Source: Pocillopora damicornis (lineage: Eukaryota). Taken from it: a stretch of 64,000 bases of DNA. The translations under genes and the position numbers were made by a program. Position 1 is the stretch's first letter. Every line of letters starts with the position of its first letter. Below are positions 57,090 through 64,000 of the stretch, one piece after another. Location: contig NW_020846078.1 in NCBI RefSeq assembly GCF_003704095.1, positions 186,001-250,000 on the forward strand. Direction: 5' to 3'. The notes under the pieces were generated by a model that saw only the letters and a program-made list of their open reading frames with translations, did not search any database and was not told where the DNA came from.

Positions 57090-60000
57090 ATGGACGCCGA
57101 CAAATACACGAACGACGTAAGTACAACTTAATACTTGCACGTGCCAATGTCAACTGCAAAAGCATGCTTTCCATACATTCGGACTGTCTTTCTTTTTATA
57201 ATAGAATTACCCCAAAAACGTCAAATGTCGAATACAATAAAGAATAGCCGTAGCACAATACACAGGATACGAGAAAAGTTCGAATTGCAAATTGTAATTT
57301 TTCTGGTCTTTGAGTGGGTAACACGCTTGAAATGCATTTTCTTCAAGGAATATTCTACTTGTTCATGTGTATTTATTACCATGCTCTATCCATATAAGAT
57401 GTAAGATAGCTTCCCAGAGCTGGTAAAATTTCCGCACAGCCCCATACTACATTATGCATTCAGTTCTTGGATTGAGAAAACAATGACAAAAACAATAGTT
57501 TGCCATTGGGAAAACAGATTTGTTTTACAATAGTATGGGGCTGTGCGGAAATTTTACCCCAGAGCTCTCAGGCAGCGATTCATACACATAATTATGAAGA
57601 TCAAACCCAGTTATTGAATGATTTTAATCATCCAGTGATTAACTGAAAATTGAATTAATGAACTTAATTATCAAGAAATAATCACGATTTAACCTTCTCA
57701 CTTCCAAGGCCTATTTGTTACAATGTTAATTTGGAGAATTTGGTATTGGATCAATTCATAATCCCCTTATTGATTGATAGTTTTCTTTATTCTCATTTCT
57801 TGTCTGCATAATATTGTATTAATATTGTAAGGAGATATTCTGTCTTAGTTGCTCATGAGAGGTAAAGGTTTAATTGTGTCTTGTATGTCAAACATATACC
57901 TCAACACTTTGTCAGAGTATTTATCTACTTGGTACTGATAAACATGATATTTGGATGACCTGCATACAGTTTTCATTACCTCTGATAATCAATATCCATT
58001 TAATGGATGAGAATGTTGTGACCTCTTAATAGTTCTATACTCATAAAATCCTTAATCATTCTCACTCTAAACCTGCAGTTATTTAGTTCATTAAGTAATC
58101 ACTGGATGGATCATATTGTGTTCAACAAACCCCAGGAAATGGAATTTTTCACCTTATAATTTGTCGTTTTTTTTGTAAGCTTAAATATATTTGTAAGTTG
58201 CTAACAAGGAGAATTTCCTAAACAATAAATGGCTTCTTTGGCTGGTGGACCATTTTTCTCTTTTTTTCAGTAGGCCATTTTACAGTTGTGTACTTGGTTG
58301 CTAAGCCTTTGATTTAGAGTGAAGCTGAAGGTGACCTTGTTGTGATAGAGACCAGTATTTAGTGAGCATGATAACAAAGCAATTTACATTTGAAAAGCAG
58401 CAACATTTGTAACATAACAAGGTCACCTTCAGCCTCACTCCTGTTTAAAGGCTTGGCAACAAAGTATGCAACTGTAAAGTGGACTGTTAAGACAACCATC
58501 ATAATATTTTATGGGAAGTCTTATTTTAAAGTTCTCTTGCAGGCTCAAACAGAGATGCTCTGGGCCATTAAGGCTCATCACCATGCTGAAACATACTTCA
58601 AGGTGAATGGTTTTACAGTTTAGGAAGTTTGTTTAAGTGTCAGTTTTTAGTTAAACAGCCACTTAGTCATGTATTGTACCTTTTCAAAGGATAGTTAAAG
58701 TTAACATGGTGATTTTTTTATCAAATTAAATTCAAATATTGGGTTTATTTATTTATTTTCTGTCAAAGAATGCTTTCATATTTTGGTATCAGTAGCCTGG
58801 TCATGTGGGATAAAGGAGATTTCTAACACTATAAAATCAACCCTAAAAACAATAGAAAATGATGAATGAGTTTAATAAAAGTCCCTCTCAGGACTTAATG
58901 CACCCTCACATGGGTGATCAGATTTCAGAATCAAATGTTACTCCCAAACCCCAAACCATTTACTGTAGAATTACTGTAGAATTAAGATTATAGTGAGCAA
59001 ATTTCATGCTTCTATTATCATAAAAACAGAAAATTTACTTTCATTCTGTGAATTTTTCTGGTTTCATTGTTACTTTTGGATAGGGACAGGCATTCACTCA
59101 TGGTCAGTCATGAAGTAATTTTGTCAGAAACTATTTCCCCTTGTCTGTAAGATTTATTCTGGAGTTAAAATAAAATGGGCGTAAAATAGAAAGTGCTATG
59201 ATGAGCGCAATTTTCTCTAGTTCTGATAGTAACTTTCTAGTAATTTTTGTGTGTTGTTTCAGCTCATTTCCCAAGTAGATGCCTCAAGACTTCGTTTAAC
59301 AAAGTAAGTTGATTACGGCTGAAAAAATGTAGACATTTCAGAAAGGATGATCAGTTGTATTTCATCTGCAGGTTAATATGATTTATTTCATATCACAGAA
59401 ATAAGTTTCTTTTGTAGAAGCAATGTACCTAGTACTTAACTTGCCTCTCTCCTAATTTTGTCTTTGTTACTCAGTTGGTAGTAGCACCTAACTATTATCT
59501 GGAAGGCACAGGTTCCAATACCATCAAAGCCTGAATTTTTGCAAGCTTCTTTTCGGCAATTTCTTTGATTGCAGGACACTTGCGAGAATCAGTTCTGTTA
59601 TAAACCATTTTCAAAACCAAGCATGTTACGCATTGTTTTGAATATGAACTTGAATATGGAGAAAAAATTATTATCTATGAAAACTTTTTTCTTTTATTCA
59701 AGCTCACATTAAACAAGACTCAAGAGCTGATAGAATGTCACATATATTTACCATAAACTGCTGCCCATAAGCCCCCCAGAAACAGAAAATTTGAAAAATT
59801 ATTGCAGAACAACCAATTTATTACTTTTTTTAATTATCACAGATGAATATCAAGGGAAAATTCTGAACTTCTGTTTTCTTATGTTCCAGTTTCTGTTTGT
59901 GTTGTTACTTAATTTATTTCTGTTCAAAATGTATGTCAATGAATTTTATTTATAATAATTTTTTGATGCTTGATTAAACACCTGCAAAAGCAAAACCTTT

Positions 60001-63000
60001 TTTCTATCAGTACTTTCTCAATTTCAGTGTTAAGCCCCTTAACATTTAAGTCTCTCAGTTTCTAAGCCAACCTAAAACCCTTCACAAAGTTTCAGGGCTT
60101 GTAAGCAGCAGTTCAATGTAGCCTACTTTGTACAAAAATGCAATTTCTCTCAGCTACTGGTTTTTGAGAGAGGATCAGGATCAAATACAGTTAAGCAGTA
60201 AATATGGCTTTAAATAAGCAAGGAAGTATTAAACATATTTGATAGAGCATGCTCCATACATGTACTACTACATCTACAAAGCTGTCTTTTCCCCTTTTGA
60301 TTTTACCAACCAACTGGGGTCTTGTTGCAGGTATGATGACGACATATACAGGCAGTTTAAACGCTATTTCAAGATGCTTAAGGTACAGTACTCTAAGTTA
60401 ACAAATTGATTACATTGTGTAGATGTTGGGTTATGGGGATTCCTTGGGTATTACAATGTTCCTGTTGGCAATAGGAGACAATAGATGCAGACAAGGAATA
60501 GGTCTTGCGCATTACTGTTATGGGAGTGTTACACAGACTATTGGCAAGCACCCACCACACAGGCTTCATATCAACTAACCTTCATATTGTGTAGTTGGGA
60601 AATATTGTTTTAGTTTACTTTCCAAGTTCAGTGTGAATCTAGTAGTTTATCCATTATGTTTTATGTGATATGTAAACAATGAACAACCCACCTTATCTTT
60701 CTCTCCTAGATATAGGATGAGTTAAATACTCTTTAGGATCATAGTTAGGTTAAGTAATGTCCTCAAAAGGCAAAATCCATGATGAAACCAGAGGTCCTAT
60801 GGTTTAGGTTGGGAGCTCTCTCTGACTGACTATATACTACTATTTTATGTGTGTGTTTGTACACTGTGACTGGATATGTAGATGGAAAGTGTCCATTGGT
60901 TATTCAGTTCAAAGTAATTCAAAAAGTATTAACCTTTTAACTCCCAAGATCTGATTGTTAATTCTCCCCTCTAGCTGCTACATATTTCCATTTAAATTAG
61001 TTGTAAGAATTTGGTGTTCAATCAAGGTAACATCTTGTACCTGATGAGTTTGAGTATTCTCACTACTTGTTTGCTGGATAATGTATGGATATTATAGGAA
61101 GAAGTTACCTGTTAATCACTTCAGGGAGTTAAATGGTTAATTTTTATGCATGGTCAGGTGTGAGATATCTAAGAAAACCATAAAAGAAGAAATCTGTTGG
61201 GTTTTGTTATCATTCACCTTCACTAACTGTGTTTTGAATTGGAAAAAGGGAAATGGAAATTAAACTGTCATGTATTTCATTATGCAAGCAATTTAGAATT
61301 ATTGTGAAGAAGCTATTTTATTACCATTACAAAATAGGCCGGAACTGATCTTTTTATCATTATCTGATGATTAATGGTGATACCCTTTAAAACTTAAAAA
61401 TTGTCGAAAGTTAAATGTCTACATATCATATGAATGCAGTATTTAGCAAATATGTGGTGAGAAATGACAAATTTATCATATGGAGGTTGTCATCTGCCAT
61501 ACCACCAATTTCCTATGGCTAATTTACAATGCAATGTATGGAAGTTATAAGGGAGAATATCTTGTTAGATCAAGGGAGTCAAAAGGTTGACTTTACACAT
61601 TGTCTTACTGTGGTTAGGTGGATGTGATCAAAATAGATGACCTGAAATCTGAAGCAGCCAAAGTGGTAGGTGTACTAATTTTGTCTCTGCTGAGAGATAA
61701 TTACACTTTATCCTGTTTATTACCCATTTCTCTCTATGAAGCATAATTCAGTGAGAGTATGGATGAAATGACACCCCAAAACTTCATTCTTCATTGTAAG
61801 GTTTTTGTCTCAAGTGATAGAATTAAATTGATGTTGTGTTATAAGGAAAAGTTTTTTTACAGGCTTACTTGTATGTGAGTTGATCAAACAATCTAACTGT
61901 GTATCCAGTGGTGATGTTAGTTTCTTTGATTGATCAGATAGACAAAAGCCTCCACTCAGTAGATAGGTAGATTTACTCTCTGCTGAAGTGTTTTCGTCCC
62001 TCTTGTAAACAATGGTCAGGTAGGTTAGGTCTGTACTCAAGTAAAGTAGCCCATCTAATTGAAGCTTATTCCAGTTTTCACAGCATGAAGTGCAACTACA
62101 GTATTGTGCAAAAGTTATGCAAATGCCTGTCAAGGAATTTCAATGAAATTGTTCCTTTTTGACAAATTTTGGACCAAAACAAAATTTGTGCCACATTTGG
62201 CAAATTTTTGAGGCAGCTGTTGTTTGAATTCATCTGAAATTTTGCAGATCAATTCACTGGAAATGTTAATGAATCTTGAAATTTTTAGGGAAAGTTTCTT
62301 CCAAGGAGTATTACACCCCCCTTCCCCTGGATTGGATGCTAGTCTATTGAAAGGTTACCCCCCAGCATTTGATCAGGCTTTCCTGAAAATTTACCAGTAC
62401 CCATTTATACTCCTGGGTCAAGAGAGGCATTGTGAAAGTAACCTGTTTTGCCTAAGAACCTAACATAATGACCTGGCCAGGTTTTGAACCCAGACATCTT
62501 GACATCTTGACATCCACCACACTTGCATGTGCGACTAGGCCACAGTGTCTCCACTTTTAACCCTTTGACCCTTAAGAGTGACCCGCATCTAATTTCTCCT
62601 TACAATATCACCCCTGAATCACACATTAAGGTCATGAGAATAAAGAAGGTGATCACTAACCAAAGACTCTCTTGATTGTTAAACTCATTCTCCGTGTCAG
62701 CGCCTTTGGAATTGTACAGAGAACAGTATGGAGAAAGTGCATACTGATGTAAGGGTGTAAAGGGTAAAAACATTAGGGTATGCTCATGTGAATGTTATTC
62801 TTTAGCATGCTATCAGTACCTCAAACTATTATTTCACTTACATTTCTACTAAATGGTATTTCAATTTTTAAGTCTTCAAAATATAAAAACTATTAAACAC
62901 ATTATTTGAACATTAATATTTATGTATAATTACTTCATGAAAATTATTAGGTATTATTAAATATGTGACTATTAATCCTTTGCACTTTTATCGTCTTTTT

Positions 63001-64000
63001 CAGAAGTGGAGGCCATTTTGTAACATGTATGAAGGAAAGATTGATGATTTCAATTTTGCAACATTGTTGAGGTAAAATATTTTTCAGCTACAGTTTTTTC
63101 AGTAGAAATGTGGGCACAAATTTCATTATATTTCTATTTTTCTCCTTAGAATTGACTGTGCTAAAGGTTATGAAGAAGAAAACACTATCTTAGGTAAGAC
63201 AACACTCAACCAGTAGGAGGATAGTGAAGGAAATGGAAATATTTGCTACAAACCTGCTAAATCCTTTAAGTCCCAAGATCAAATAAGTTATTCTCCCAAC
63301 TGCCTGCCTTACATTTCCTGGTAGATTAGACAGGAGAATTCAATTCATCTAGTAGATAACACCCTGTAGCTGATAAGCTTGTCTGTTCTCATAACTTTGT
63401 TGCAAGATAACATATTGGAATTGCAATGAGTAGCTGCAAGTTAATCACTGGTGGGAGGTACATTCATTTTGTGGTATTTTTAAGTTGTCTTTTCCTAGAT
63501 TTTCAACTTCATAGCTTTTTGTATGGCAGAAAATGTAAAAAAGTTAAAAGAACCTTTAAGATATTTACACTTAGTTCAGCACTTTCTGAAGGTACTTTTT
63601 TATCATGGTGGTCATGAATCAAAAGTGATGAAGTTTTCATTTAACTCGCTTGAATGTGATGTTCAATTACTACAAGCACTCACAATTTCATTGCACATAC
63701 TGTGGAATAAAGAAAAATTATCAAAATATTACAAAATTCTGTTCAAAAAAATGGATGGAAAATTGAAGGTTAGGGTCAGGATATCATTCGTAGGTTTTTA
63801 ATTTATAATTTTTTTAAATTTGCATTATCTGTTTTCTCAGCACTGTAATGTTTTCCACATTTTGAAGCCCAACGGTTATTTTATTCACTTTCCCGCTCAT
63901 AGTTACAAGGATCCAGTTCTACGCAATTGAGATTGCACGAAATAGACGGGGTCTGAACAAGCCTCTATTGGAGAAGTCTTCTGATGCTCAACCCAGTGCA
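57090..64000 (+). CDS. PBDC1: Polysaccharide biosynthesis domain-containing protein 1 (3' end beyond the window)
   Basis: Exons 57090-57116 (MDADKYTND), 58543-58602 (AQTEMLWAIKAHHHAETYFK), 59263-59303, 60331-60382, 61618-61665, 63004-63071 (KWRPFCNMYEGKIDDFNFATLLR), 63150-63193, 63903->64000 (RIQFYAIEIARNRRGLN). A possible upstream exon 56874-56907 could splice in frame to 57064. Confidence 0.95.
57422..57558. mobile_element. Merlin-type MITE, perfect 28-bp TIRs, 8-bp TSD
   Basis: CCAGAGCT|GGTAAAATTTCCGCACAGCCCCATACTA...TAGTATGGGGCTGTGCGGAAATTTTACC|CCAGAGCT. Confidence 0.85.
58271..58486. mobile_element. MITE with ~70-bp imperfect TIRs
   Basis: TAGGCCATTTTACAGTTG...GCTGAAGGTGACCTTGTT / AACAAGGTCACCTTCAGC...CAACTGTAAAGTGGACTG. 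Confidence 0.8.
60933..61136. mobile_element. TTAA-MITE subfamily A
   Basis: TTAA|CCTTTTAACTCCC...GGGAGTTAAATGG|TTAA. Confidence 0.85.
62561..62764. mobile_element. TTAA-MITE subfamily B adjacent to a SINE head
   Basis: TTAA|CCCTTTGACCCT...AGGGTGTAAAGGG; matches 34288-34491. Confidence 0.8.

Noticed and set aside
59468-59600. tRNA-like A and B boxes (also ~24940)
   Set aside because: No cloverleaf; the 59.5-kb copy continues into a SINE-like body.
60779-60830. Intronic ATGATGA...CTGA as a C/D snoRNA (also ~59198-59226)
   Set aside because: Box spacing too short, no terminal stem or recognisable guide sequence.

Overview
Eukaryotic, intron-rich, AT-rich genomic DNA with seven assembly gaps. 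The repeat families and gene style suggest a cnidarian, probably a stony coral (inference). Nine protein-coding genes were reconstructed by hand from GT-AG splice sites with consistent phases: a multi-C2H2 zinc-finger protein running off the left edge (-), DCAF17 (-) head-to-head with SNRPG (+), an R3HCC1/R3HCC1L homologue (-), NFYA (-; one exon probably lost in a gap), SNRNP27 (-), a Ser/Pro-rich mucin-like type I membrane protein (+), a RING-less B-box/coiled-coil/filamin/SPRY-like TRIM protein (-), and PBDC1 (+, running off the right edge). Introns are packed with non-autonomous elements: ~205-bp TTAA-duplicating MITEs (several nested in other repeats), hAT5-like elements with 5-bp TSDs, a Merlin-type MITE, tRNA-SINEs, foldbacks, and a palindromic family carrying decayed minimal hammerhead-ribozyme cores. 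Most interesting leads: an unexplained multibranch RNA-like fold at ~25.5-25.75 kb, the hammerhead-bearing palindromes, the TRIM architecture with IRF-like motifs upstream, symmetric RS microexons in SNRNP27, and a 24-aa RTAS repeat in the zinc-finger protein. No tRNA, rRNA or CRISPR array was found.
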